A stretch of DNA of 64,000 bases from Macrostomum lignano (GCA_002269645.1 NIVC01000672.1:310001-374000); one strand, 5' to 3'; counted from the first letter of the stretch, positions 1 through 11,359 are shown. The notes: generated by a model from the sequence alone, not told the origin. Translations and numbers: made by a program.

Positions 1-109
1 GTGTCAGTGAGTATCAGAAAAATAAATTGAAAAAAAGCTGGCCCATAGCGAAAACGATGATGCAAGATTTATTCTTTCCTTCATCGATGAAAGGGACTCT
101 GCTGCCGCC

Positions 110-3100
110 GTGAGAGAATGCTGCAGTGAAATCAAAGCGCAGCCAAATATTCATATTTCATTTGCGCGGCTCAGTGATCTGCTTAACAATTCAAAGCTGT
201 TCCTTGAATTTCTGCGAGCTGTGGATGCCAAATTCCCTGCCGATTCCGTCCGGACTGCGCTAGAAAGTCAGCGGGACAGCTGGGCGACTGCAGCAATGCT
301 CAAGTTCTATCGGGAATATCCAGAGAGTGACACTTTTACGGAGGACGAGCTCAGATATCTGCTGTCAAATCCTAAGCAAGTGCAGTTGAAAAGATTTATA
401 AAACAACTCAACGGCAAGTTCAGGGCTACTTCCGTCTTGGCTGCGCTAAACCAGTGTCCAAAATGGGCGACTGCTGCTAAAGGAAAACTCCGTCAAAAAT
501 ATCAGAATGCTGATCTTAAAATTGACGAACTTAAAGATCTGCTTTCAGCTTCAGATGAAAATATGTTAGCTAAATTTATAGCACAGATCGATAACAGAGG
601 TATTCCTGCAAAAAATGTTATTGCTGAACTTCGTGAACAGCGGAAGAAACTGATTGAGGACTTACTTGCTGCCACAACAAATTTTCCGCATCAGTTGTGG
701 ACTGAGCTTCAAGGAGTTCTGCATCTGGAGTTAGAGCAGTTCGATGCTGCAAAGGAGAAGTTCGAGCTGCTTGATTCGAAACTGCCGCACAGACGCGAGC
801 TGATTGCCGACTCCATCATGAGCAAGCTGGAGCATCCTGAGACTCAATCTGAAGCCAAACGCGATGGTCTACTCGAGTGTCTCAGGCTGAAGTGCAAAGA
901 TGCTGGCCAGCAAGTTTTGGAGTTTCTTCAGGGCCTGAGGAACGATCCTAAACTTCACCACAGGAATCAGTATGAGCTGGTTGCTCGGCTGCTGAACCTG
1001 CGGAAAAGCTCAACGTCCTTCTTCATCAAGAAAAGGTTGCTGTACAAAAAATTACAGAGTTCAGATGAGGAATTCGATCTAGCGATGCAGGACAGCTACG
1101 AAAAGGCAGTAAATGAAGCGGAAGTTAAATTCCGGGACGTTTGCCAGAAGGTAAAAGAGGAGTTCGATCTGAACCCGTATCCACGTCAAGCACTGCTCTC
1201 GGCCACTCGGAACCATCTCATAGCCGATCGCCAGCAAGAGAAGAAGTTCCTCAAGCAGACACTGGAGAACTCGCACAGGGCCCTGGACCACGCTTGGAAA
1301 AATTTCATTTATTCAGCTAAAAAATGTAGGCTTCCACGATATTTTCCTTTCGCTTACAAAAGAAGACAAGATGCTGATACTGGTGCTTTTATTAAGCCAA
1401 GAGACCAATTAAAACATTATAATCGAAATCCAAGCGAGCTCACAATTGAAAAAGTGACAGAATATTTTGAAAACAATTTTGAATCGACCGTCAATATGGA
1501 CCAGAAATTAATCGACTATTTTGTACGAAGAGAATTTAATATCCTAACAGAAGAGGGAGCGTGGATCATCCAATGGGTCAGTTCAGTGAATGAGGAGAAG
1601 CACAGGCTGCAAGTTAATATTGACGAACTTGAGCGAAGCGTGAACGAATTGCTTACTGCGACTGAAGCTCCGAAGAGTGTCTACGAACTGGCGCACAAAG
1701 CGACCGAGTTCGTTGAAGAGACCCGCCTAGTACTGCACCGGGAAAATGAGAATAGCGATGGAAGAAATCCCAACGGCTCACCAGGCGGAGGCGCTGGCCG
1801 CAGGCGCCGTGGAGGGAGTCACTCCATCCTACGAGGCGAAGACGCTGGCGAAAGTGACCTTGAAGGGAGTCATTTCGACCCACGAGGCGGAGGCGCTGAC
1901 GGCAGAGGCCGTGGAGGGAGTCACTTCGACCCACGAGGCGGAGGCGCTGGTGCCAGAGGGAGTCACTCCGTCCCACGAGGCGGAGGCGCTGGCGGCAGAG
2001 GCCGTGGAGGGAGTCACTTCGACCCACGAGGCGGAGGCGCTGGCGGCAGAGGCCGTGGAGGGAGTCAATTTGACCCACGAGGCGGAGGCGCTGGCGGCAG
2101 AGGCCGTGGAGGGAGTCACTTCGACCCACGAGGCGGAGGCGCTGGCGGCAGAGGCCGTGGAGGGAGTCACTCCGTCCTACAAAGCGTAGGCGCTGGCGGC
2201 AGAGGCCGTGGAGGGAGTCACTTCGACCCACGAGGCGGAGGCGCTGGTGCCAGAGGGAGTCACTCCGTCCCACGAGGCGGAGGCGCTGGCGGCAGAGGCC
2301 GTGGAGGGAGTCAATTTGACCCACGAGGCGGAGGCGCTGGCGGCAGAGGCCGTGGAGGGAGTCACTTTGACCCACGAGGCGGAGGCGCTGGCGGCAGAGG
2401 CCGTGGAGGGAGTCACTCCGTCCTACAAAGCGTAGGCGCTGGCGGCAGAGGCCGTGGAGGGAGTCACTTTGACCCACGAGGCGGAGGCGCTGGCGGCAGA
2501 GGCCGTGGAGGGAGTCAATTTGACCCACGAGGCGGAGGCGCTGGCGGCAGAGGCCGTGGAGGGAGTCAATTCGACCCACGAGGCGGAGGCGCTGGCGGCA
2601 GAGGCCGTGGAGGGAGTCACTCCATCCTACAAAGCGTAGGCGCTGGCGGCAGAGGCCGTGGAGGGAGTCACTCCATCCTACAAAGCGTAGGCGCTGGCGG
2701 CAGAGGCCGTGGAGGGAGTCACTCCGTCCCACGAGGCGGAGGCGCTGGCGCCAGAGGGAGTCACTCCGTCCCACGAGGCGGAGGCGCTGGCGGCAGAGGC
2801 CGTGGAGGGAGTCACTTCGACCCACGAGGCGGAGGCGCTGGCGGCAGAGGCCGTGGAGGGAGTCACTCCATCCTACAAAGCGTAGGCGCTGGCGGCAGAG
2901 GCCGTGGAGGGAGTCACTCCATCCTACAAAGCGTAGGCGCTGGCGGCAGAGGCCGTGGAGGGAGTCACTCCGTCCCACGAGGCAGAGGCGCTGGCGCCAG
3001 AGGGAGTCACTCCGTCCCACGAGGCGGAGGCGCTGGCGGCAGAGGCCGTGGAGGGAGTCACTTCGACCAACGAGGCGGAGGCGCTGGCGGCAGAGGCCGT

Positions 3101-3496
3101 GGAGGGAATCACTCCATCCTACGAGGCGGAGGCGCTGGCGACAGTGGCCGTGGAGGGAGTCACTCCGTCCCACGAGGCGGAGGCGCTGGCGACAGTGGCC
3201 GTGGAGGGAGTCACTCCGTCCCACGAGGCGGAGGCGCTGGCGACAGTGGCCGTGGAGGGAGTCACTCCGTCCCACGAGGCGGAGGCGCTGGCGACAGTGG
3301 CCGTGGAGGGAGTCACTCCGTCCCACGAGGCGGAGGCGCTGGCGACAGTGGCCGTGGAGGGAGTCACTCCGTCCCACGAGGCGGAGGCGCTGGCGACAGT
3401 GGCCGTGGAGGGAGTCACTCCGTCCCACGAGGCGGAGGCGCTGGCGACAGTGGCCGTGGAAGAGAATCCCAACGCCCACATTCCCGGAGGCCGTAA
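110..3496 (+). CDS. Uncharacterised protein, paralog A: 60-aa N-terminal repeats + shared HEPN-like C-terminal module + RGG-rich low-complexity tail
   Basis: 1128-aa ORF. Residues ~194-543 (nt 689-1737) align by eye with the C-terminal half of ORF 12943-15762 (e.g. LENSHRALDHAW/LENSHKAVDHAW, YFPFAYK/YFPFAYK, EGAWIIQWVSSVNEEKH/EGAWIILWVWSVNEEKH, SVYELAH, EETRL). The frame is open from nt 26 and the annotated start is GTG, so the true start may be upstream of the window or spliced. Confidence 0.75.
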   Translation: MRECCSEIKAQPNIHISFARLSDLLNNSKLFLEFLRAVDAKFPADSVRTALESQRDSWATAAMLKFYREYPESDTFTEDELRYLLSNPKQVQLKRFIKQLNGKFRATSVLAALNQCPKWATAAKGKLRQKYQNADLKIDELKDLLSASDENMLAKFIAQIDNRGIPAKNVIAELREQRKKLIEDLLAATTNFPHQLWTELQGVLHLELEQFDAAKEKFELLDSKLPHRRELIADSIMSKLEHPETQSEAKRDGLLECLRLKCKDAGQQVLEFLQGLRNDPKLHHRNQYELVARLLNLRKSSTSFFIKKRLLYKKLQSSDEEFDLAMQDSYEKAVNEAEVKFRDVCQKVKEEFDLNPYPRQALLSATRNHLIADRQQEKKFLKQTLENSHRALDHAWKNFIYSAKKCRLPRYFPFAYKRRQDADTGAFIKPRDQLKHYNRNPSELTIEKVTEYFENNFESTVNMDQKLIDYFVRREFNILTEEGAWIIQWVSSVNEEKHRLQVNIDELERSVNELLTATEAPKSVYELAHKATEFVEETRLVLHRENENSDGRNPNGSPGGGAGRRRRGGSHSILRGEDAGESDLEGSHFDPRGGGADGRGRGGSHFDPRGGGAGARGSHSVPRGGGAGGRGRGGSHFDPRGGGAGGRGRGGSQFDPRGGGAGGRGRGGSHFDPRGGGAGGRGRGGSHSVLQSVGAGGRGRGGSHFDPRGGGAGARGSHSVPRGGGAGGRGRGGSQFDPRGGGAGGRGRGGSHFDPRGGGAGGRGRGGSHSVLQSVGAGGRGRGGSHFDPRGGGAGGRGRGGSQFDPRGGGAGGRGRGGSQFDPRGGGAGGRGRGGSHSILQSVGAGGRGRGGSHSILQSVGAGGRGRGGSHSVPRGGGAGARGSHSVPRGGGAGGRGRGGSHFDPRGGGAGGRGRGGSHSILQSVGAGGRGRGGSHSILQSVGAGGRGRGGSHSVPRGRGAGARGSHSVPRGGGAGGRGRGGSHFDQRGGGAGGRGRGGNHSILRGGGAGDSGRGGSHSVPRGGGAGDSGRGGSHSVPRGGGAGDSGRGGSHSVPRGGGAGDSGRGGSHSVPRGGGAGDSGRGGSHSVPRGGGAGDSGRGGSHSVPRGGGAGDSGRGRESQRPHSRRP
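1785..3460 (+). repeat. Coding minisatellite, 51-nt and 42-nt units (GGRGRGGSHFDPRGGGA / GARGSHSVPRGGGA)
   Basis: Unit ggcggcagaggccgtggagggagtcacttcgacccacgaggcggaggcgct and variants; the unit lengths read are multiples of 3 and the ORF stays open across the array. Confidence 0.95.
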
Positions 3497-4297
3497 TTAT
3501 TTACTCCAAATGCTGAATTCAGTATCTCTCTAATAACTAAAAGAGATGCATGCATATTAAAATCTCTGTTATTCCATATCCCATGGGTCTGATGCTGATT
3601 CCACTGACCCATTCAGCATCTCATGATGAGCTGTAGCTAACCACTTGGATAGAACAAATTGATCCATCAAACCCTAACAAAGGATAACAGATCCCCATCA
3701 GATCGAGCTATCAGTTCGCCCTAAATTGAGAATCCTGAAACCAGTTTTAATTAATCGTAATCGAAGCTCTTACCTGGAACACCCCTTTATATTCTCTGGA
3801 AGTGAACATCTCTGAGATTGCGCACACCAAATACAACGGATTGAAAGCAAACATCTCGTGATTGCGTCATCAGGAAAAGTTATTCGAATCCACCGGCCTT
3901 GGTTATTTGGCTCTCACACTGATAATAGAAGGTGATTCCAGAGCCATAGTAGCGTCGTATAAAAAATCTCTGTAAAAAGAGACTACTGACAGTAGGAATG
4001 CCAATTGCCATTGTTTCCCCTGATATTCGCTATAGAACGGCGAAGCAACGCAGGCACACGAAAGTCAAGAGCGCGGGCTAACTTTTTTGCGCTCATTCTC
4101 AAACAAGAACCAATTGTCGCCAGCCCTCTGGACATCGTTGAAATTCTCCATAATTCTGCCAGAAGGTTGATTTTTTCCATAAGCTCTGTGCAGCCTTGCA
4201 AAGCCTCCCAAACGTACAGAATGTTAAACTAACTGGCACTCACTGGTATCAACAGCGTAAAGTAATAATTAATTATTATGACGGCTACCTATATGTA

Positions 4298-5719
4298 TGA
4301 GGTGTTTTCAAAAAGTAACGAAAATTCTGCTACAAAAACTTTCAGAACAAAAAAATGCAAATTCAGTCAACTGCAGCCTTCAAAGAAATTTGCTGCCACT
4401 TTCAACACATCGCCTTAATCGCTGGTGCCAGCTCCTGAAGCAGCCCTGGGAGACCTCCTTTATGACGCCTCCCAGCACCCCTGTCACAATCTCCTTGATG
4501 GCGCCCAAGGCTTCAAATCTGGATCCTTTGAGACCTGTCACAATCTCCTTGATGGCGCCCAAGGCTTCGAATCTGGATCCTTTGAGACCTGTCACAATCT
4601 CCTTGATGGCGTCCAAGGCTTCGAATCTGGATCCTTTGAGACCTGTCACAATCTCCTTGATGGCGCCCAAGGCTTCGAATCTGGATCCTTTGAGACCTGT
4701 CACAATCTCCTTGATGGCGTCCAAGGCTTCGAATCTGGATCCTTTGAGACCTGTCACAATCTCCTTGATGGCGTCCAAGGCTTCGAATCTGGATCCTTTG
4801 AGACCTGTCACAATCTCCTTGATGGCGTCCAAGGCTTCGAATCTGGATCCTTTGAGACCTGTCACAATCTCCTTGATGGCGTCCAAGGCTTCGAATCTGG
4901 ATCCTTTGAGACCTGTCACAATCTCCTTGATGGCGTCCAAGGCTTCAAATCTGGATCCTTTGAGACCTGTCACAATCTCCTTGATGGCGTCCAAGGCTTC
5001 GAATCTGGATCCTTTGAGACCTGTCACAATCTCCCTGATGGCGTCCAAGGCTTCGAATCTGGATCCTTTGAGACCTGTCACAATCTCCTTGATGGCGTCC
5101 AAGGCTTCGAATCTGGATCCTTTGAAACCTGTCACAATCTCCTTGATGGCGTCCAAGGCTTCGAATCTGGAACCTTTGAGGACCTGGTTCACCTTAAGAA
5201 AGAGTCGGAAATCACACGGCGTCATATCCGGTGAATAAGGTGGGTGGCTCAACTCTGCGACCGTCTTTTGGACCAAAACTGTCTCGATGTCTCGATGTCC
5301 AATCGCAGCTGTTTCTGATCGTCAGTGAGGAACTTCGGCACCGTCTTTGACGCTCTCCCGCCCATCCCGGAATCGCTGGTGCCACTCATGCACAATCGCC
5401 AGAGACGTAGCATCATCTCTATAAGTACTCGTATACACCTCACGAAGCAGCTGGAGGCATTCCGATGGCTTCTTGCTGAGTTTCACCAAAAACTTCGTGT
5501 TTATTAGATGCTGGTTGCTGATTTTGTGGCACAGCGGCGTGACAGCTATAATGAAAAATAATAAAAAATTCTCTCGTATGCAAACCAAAACACTTCGACA
5601 CAATAATGCTTCCTATAAAAACTGAGAAGCCGAGCTTCAAGAGACGTCGATTAATTTTAGTAAAAGCTCAAATTTTAAAATTTAACAGCAACTCTCGTTA
5701 CTTTTTGGCCACACATCGT
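4298..5719 (-). mobile_element. Internally deleted mariner (Tc1/mariner) element with a tandem-amplified transposase segment
   Basis: Minus-strand peptides match mariner transposase: N-terminal HTH (INTKFLVKLSKKPSECLQLLREVY...VHEWHQRFRDGRESV), PKFLTDDQKQLR, and C-terminal HPPYSPDMTPCDFRLF...LKGSRF...CFRSWHQRLRRC. Imperfect TIRs TGAGGTGTTTTCAAAAAGTAACG (from 4298, after TA) and CGTTACTTTTTGGCCACACATCGT (5696-5719). The central catalytic region is absent. Confidence 0.9.
4479..5180. repeat. 54-nt tandem repeat x13 inside the mariner remnant (LKGSRFEALDAIKEIVTG on the minus strand)
   Basis: Unit ttgagacctgtcacaatctccttgatggcgtccaaggcttcgaatctggatcct; 234 aa = 13 x 18 aa in ORF 4380-5276. Confidence 0.95.
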
Positions 5720-6844
5720 CACATGGCTGAAATTACAAGACAGCTCAACTGAATTAAAACGAAAATATGGGAACCAGAATTTGTTTCGAATTTGGCTTCT
5801 GGTAAGAAATGCAGTTGTGCACCCCTTCGTCAGGAGCGCCCGCCTGCAGCCATGCAACCTGTTGGGAAGCTGCGAACCCCCAGGTCAACCAGTCAGAGCT
5901 CCCGTCCCGTCTCCGAATTCCGGAATATTTCCTAGAAATATGATACAGGTTATATACGATTTGAACATTGGATAAGAAGAGTGTTTTAGTTTCCGAACTG
6001 CATAATTTAGTGGATGACTTCTTCGTTTAATTGGATGATTTATGATCTATCAATTTATTACATCTAGACAGGGGCCGTGGGTGTATTAAATTAATTCCTT
6101 CTTAATTGTGCACCCCATCCTTATTTCCATTTTATTGATTCTTTAACAATTTAATTTTATTAGATTATTTTATGAACTGTATATATTCATATTTTCTGCA
6201 TATTCATAACATTTTTACTTTGTCTTTTCATTCCAAAAATGTTTTAATATTTAAATACATTTAATACGTAACTGTTTGTTAAGTAAAACAAAAAGTCGGT
6301 TGCGTGTGATAAGACAATTTATTGAGGAATGACTATTATTGAATATGCTGATCTATGATTGCTATTACAATGTCATTGCGAATAACTGGAACAGTTGTCA
6401 ATTGCATTATTCAGATTGTGATTCACTGATGTTTTCTGTGATTATCCAGGATGTTTAAGAGGATCTGGGAAAATAAAAGATCATTTAAACACATCAGATT
6501 ATCCAATAAAGTCATCTGCTATACTCAAAGGAGAATAAAATAGTCATTGGAGAGTTAAACGATAAAATTATTAGATCAGTAACTTCCAGAGCTGTGTTCC
6601 TGCGCTCAAAGCAATATGCATTTACGGCAGTTTTGGAAGAGTTTTGAGATCAAGGAGGTTGATAAAACTGTACTATTACATCAATAAATTTTGAAACGTA
6701 CGTATGGATTTCAAAGAGACTAAAAGAAGCAATTTAAGCATGATTGTATCTGAAGAAAAATGAAGGTGCGGCCTGGGGTTGCTGGGCCGATGATCAGGAA
6801 GATGAGCGCGCTTTGTGCTGCAGGGAGCTGGTAAACGGACCACC

Positions 6845-7520
6845 TACTTACCTACTTACTACTTATTTACTTACTTACTACTGACGGGGGGCAGAGCGCC
6901 GCGAATAGGCCGCGAGGCCCCTATCGCAACCCCAAGCTAAAAACAGAAAGGCGTTAGCCTGGGGGCTGCACCCTCCTCGCCAGCAGCAAGAGAGCTCGCG
7001 AGAGTGGCGTCCACGATCTTCATCCGTCCAGAGTCCCGAACGAATGCGCGCAGGTCACGGATCCGGTCCGGAGTGGTGAGCTCTTCCAGCCTTAGCGGGT
7101 GACCGAGGTGACGTCTCCGCGCCTCGTTGAAGTGCGGGCAGAAATCTACGTGGTGCGTGGAGGTTTCCTCCTCTAATTCACAGAAGGGACAGATAGTGGA
7201 GCAACCACTCCCCTACCGACGGTCAGGCCACCTGGTCAGGCCTCTTGCTGAGCTCAGGCGGCAGCTTGAGCCCCAGAAGTGGTATTGCTCTGCTACAGTG
7301 AGACCCACCGGGAATTCGGGGATCCTAGGCTTTGGAGATGCGTTCGGAGGCACGGGCGCATGACTTTGCACCTGTTCGTGGAGCTTGCGCGTGGCGCAAT
7401 TGATCTCCCAGGCTGCCCGACTGGTCGACCCAGCCTGGTGGGTAGTTTACGCCGATGGATGGTGGTCTCTGAGGAGGCTGGACCTCGTCTACTAAGCGTG
7501 TGGTGGCGGTGTCAGACCAT
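6845..7520 (-). mobile_element. 3' fragment of a non-LTR retrotransposon (LINE, I/Loa-like C-terminal CCHC zinc finger) with (TAAG)n-like tail
   Basis: Minus strand ~7200-7020 reads [31 protein letters not shown]...[10 protein letters not shown], a typical LINE ORF2 C-terminal zinc knuckle. It is followed by a gtaagtaag-type microsatellite tail (plus strand ctacttacttact, 6843-6882). Upstream sequence is degenerate. Confidence 0.65.
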
Positions 7521-7855
7521 GCAATAGTGAGAGCTTCGCAGTTAGGACCAGCCGAAATTGTCGCCCATGAAATCGCTCACCCCCGGCCAGTCCAAAATTT
7601 TTGCTATCTTTGTGATGCAGCCCAAGCTCTGTGCCACGAAAATTGGGGTTCCAAGGTTCAGGTGGCCCGAGTTTATACTCGTGGAGGACCCACCACTTAA
7701 CCCAGCGGCACAGCTGCCGAGCAAAAATGATGCGACAGTGGATCTCAATTTCAGGAAATTCGACTGAAAGAAACCAATGAACCTGCCGATCAACTATATG
7801 TATGTAGGTAGCGAGAGAGTGTAGGGAGAGAGGGAGTGTAGGGAGGGAGTTGTTG

Positions 7856-8332
<477 letters not shown>

Positions 8333-8955
8333 TAGGGTTTAAATAAAGGGTTTCTCATGGTACGAGTTTCTCGTAGCTGTTGCCGTTTTTCTCCATGTGC
8401 CGAGCCGTGCCATTGTAATTATTATCAAACTGAAACTTTGGCACAGCCAGTGCGCGCACTCAGCAGAGAAGACTCAGCTACGCGACAACAATGATAGAAT
8501 CAAAACAGAATTTTCCTCCCTCATAGTTTTTGCACACACATTATGAGTCTAAAGTACTCTCTTTGTGCCTTATTGAGCACTCAATAGAGATGCAGAACGC
8601 CAGTGTGCAGAGAATTCTGAGCGGTTGCGTCAAGCAGAAAGAGATTAAATAGCTCTGCGCATTCAGAACTGAGCAGTTTGTCAAGCAGCGGCAGGCGAAC
8701 TCAAAGAGCTTCACTTCGGCTGGGTTCCAAGCTGGAATAAGCTGTGCGGCACTGCATGCCAGCACCGGCTCTCGGACGCTAACAGGGACAGCCAGAAGCA
8801 AATTTTTCGAACAAAGATTTTCATCCGCCCAGGCGACGGCCACAGCTGAGCAACTGAGCGCTGCTCTGGATGCCAACGACCGCGAGCAGCTGCTGCGCCT
8901 GTGCAGGCGGGTCGGCAGCAAGCTGACGGTAAAGACTGAGCAGTTTGAGGAATCT

Positions 8956-10161
8956 TTGGCTCATCATCTTGCATGGAAGCCTTACGGACTCGACTGTCTG
9001 AAGGTGCTGGTTGAGAGGCTCGGCCCCTCCTGTCTGACTCAAGCCAGAGACCAGTATGGCAACGCGCCACTGCATTGGGTTGCTTTTTGCCAAGACGAGA
9101 ACTTCATGGAGTTCATCCACAGTCGCATAGGAGCGGAATGCTTCGAGCTGAAAGGCAGGTACAGCAGGTCCATTGCGTTCTTCGCGGCTGAAAACAATCG
9201 CAGCAACTCCATTCTGAAGTGGATTGCCAGAAAGAAAGGACCCGGTTTTCTGACTGCAGTCGATTCGAATGGTAACTCACCTGTGCACAGGGCAGCGGGC
9301 TGTCAGGGCTCAGACTCCATGCAGTTCTTCAAGTCGCTTTTCGGACCCGACTGCTTCTTTCAGAAAGGAGATTTAGGCCGAACTGCTTTTCATTATGCCG
9401 CTATGAATGGAAGCAGCAACTCGGCCCTCAAGTGGCTGGTCAGCGAGTGCGGCTCAGACTGTCTGATGGAGAAAGATGATCAGGGCAGCACTCCTATCCA
9501 CCTGGCTGCACTTGAGCAAGGCGAAGACTCCATGCAGTTCATCAAGGAGCAGCTCGGGTCGCTCGTCTTCATGCTGAAAGGCCTCAACGGAGAGACTTCG
9601 GTCCACATAGCAGCGAGAAACACCTCCAGCAACTCCGCCTTTGCCTGGTGCATCAAGGAGCTGGGCGCCAGGTGTCTGCTGGTTAAAGATTCATATCAAA
9701 GATTGCCCATTCACCTGGCAGCTCGGCATCAGGACGAGAAGTCGATGCAGCTGGCGGTGAGCTCGCTCGGACCGGACTGCCTCAAGATGGCAGCTGAGCA
9801 GCAGAGAACTGCGGTTCACTTCGCAGCCATGAACTCCAGCAGCAGCTCCGCACTGCGGTGGATTGTCGGCCAGCTGGGACCCGACTGCCTGCAGCTGAGG
9901 GACTCCGAGGGCAGCATGGCGCTGCACCTGGCAGCTCAGCACCAGGGCGTGGACTCGCTGAGGCTCATCAAGGAGACGCTGGGCGTCGCCGCCTTCAGGC
10001 TGACGGGTCACCGCGGTCAGACGGTGGCTCACTATGCCGCTGCGAACAGCGAGAAGCAGCAGCTGATGGCGTGGCTCGTCACCGAGGTCGGGCCGCGGTG
10101 CCTTGTGGTGGTCGATGAGCAGGGAAGAATGGCCGCCGATCTGGCTGGCTACTATGAGTAG
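8956..10161 (+). CDS. Ankyrin-repeat protein (~11 repeats, alternating 35/36-aa units)
   Basis: Repeated DxxGxTPxHxAA / GxxGxTAxHxAA motifs throughout. The frame is open from 8653, and an in-frame ATG at 8590 is separated by TAG at 8650-8652, so the 5' end is uncertain (splicing likely). Confidence 0.85.
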   Translation: MAHHLAWKPYGLDCLKVLVERLGPSCLTQARDQYGNAPLHWVAFCQDENFMEFIHSRIGAECFELKGRYSRSIAFFAAENNRSNSILKWIARKKGPGFLTAVDSNGNSPVHRAAGCQGSDSMQFFKSLFGPDCFFQKGDLGRTAFHYAAMNGSSNSALKWLVSECGSDCLMEKDDQGSTPIHLAALEQGEDSMQFIKEQLGSLVFMLKGLNGETSVHIAARNTSSNSAFAWCIKELGARCLLVKDSYQRLPIHLAARHQDEKSMQLAVSSLGPDCLKMAAEQQRTAVHFAAMNSSSSSALRWIVGQLGPDCLQLRDSEGSMALHLAAQHQGVDSLRLIKETLGVAAFRLTGHRGQTVAHYAAANSEKQQLMAWLVTEVGPRCLVVVDEQGRMAADLAGYYE

Positions 10162-10849
10162 GCAGTGGAGTTTTTTGCTTTGAAAGATTTTTCTACTTTT
10201 GATCGCAAGCCACTGAGCGAGCCATTCCTTCAGTGACTGCCTTGCCGTAACCAAATGTTATTCAGAATTGCCCGAATCCCCAAATGATCTTCAATGTAGT
10301 TTTATTCCAGAATCCCGTCTGACTTTGATGAAGAGTTTCATGCCAAATCTGAATCTCATTGGTACTGAAGTTTTTACTGTATCTTACTAACTTCATTAAT
10401 CTTGACAATTTATGGAAATTCATCCACCCCGATTTTTAAACCCAGTTTTAAGCATAACTTTAGCTACTGATGATTGACCACTTCGATTATTGCTTCCTCA
10501 TCATGATAATAATAATGATTTTGACGATATTGATAAGTATTAAAAATGTAATAATTATATATATCCGAATAAAGTTACTAACAATATATTGTTTTTATTT
10601 TAAATATTATTTTCAAAGTTGATAAGGATTATAAATGATTAATTAATAATTGATTTATTAATAATTGTTTATGATCATTTAGTGAATAATATATTAGCGT
10701 TATGTAGGATATAATGTATGATAATATCAGAGTATTAATATGCCTCTTTTAAGCACAGCTAACGAGCACAGGAAGCACAGCTTATTAATAAAATTGTGTG
10801 AGCCCAGATGATTGAGTCCCAGATACGCTTGAGTCTCAGATTTTAGGGT

Positions 10850-11350
10850 CCGAGATCCCCCAGTCCCAGATCCCCCAGTCCAAGATCCCCCAGTCCCAGA
10901 TCCCCCAGTCCCACATCACCCAGTCCCAGATCCCCCAGTCCCACATCCCCCAGTCCCAGATCCCCCAGTCCCACATCCCCCAGTCCCACATCACCCAGTC
11001 CCAGATCCCCCAGTCCCACATCCCCCAGTCCCAGATCCCCCAGTCCCACATCACCCAGTCCCAGATCCCCCAGTCCCACATCCCCCAGTCCCAGATCCCC
11101 CAGTCCCAGCTCCTCCAGTCCCAGATCCCCCAGTCCCAGATCCCCCAGTCCCAGATCCCCCAGTCCCACATCACCCAGTCCCACATCACCCAGTCCCAGA
11201 TCCCCAGTCCCAGATCCCCCAGTCCCAGATCCCCCAGTCCCAGATCCCCCAGTCCCACATCACCCAGTCCCAGATCCCCCAGTCCCAGATTCTCGAGTCC
11301 AAGATCCCTCAGTCCCAGATCCTTGAGTCTGAGATCCTCGAGTCCCAGAT
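10850..11350 (+). repeat. 15-nt minisatellite (cagtcccagatcccc)n
   Basis: Direct reading of the tandem array. Confidence 0.95.
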
Positions 11351-11359
11351 TCTTGAGCC

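Noticed and set aside
1653-3479. 608-aa antisense ORF (RQRLRLVGRSDSLHGLC repeats) and many other ORFs inside tandem arrays (e.g. 30705-31649, 53717-55147, 41294-42001, 20208-21188)
   Set aside because: They are open only because the repeat units lack stops in that frame. They have no unique domain, and several lie within introns of identified genes.
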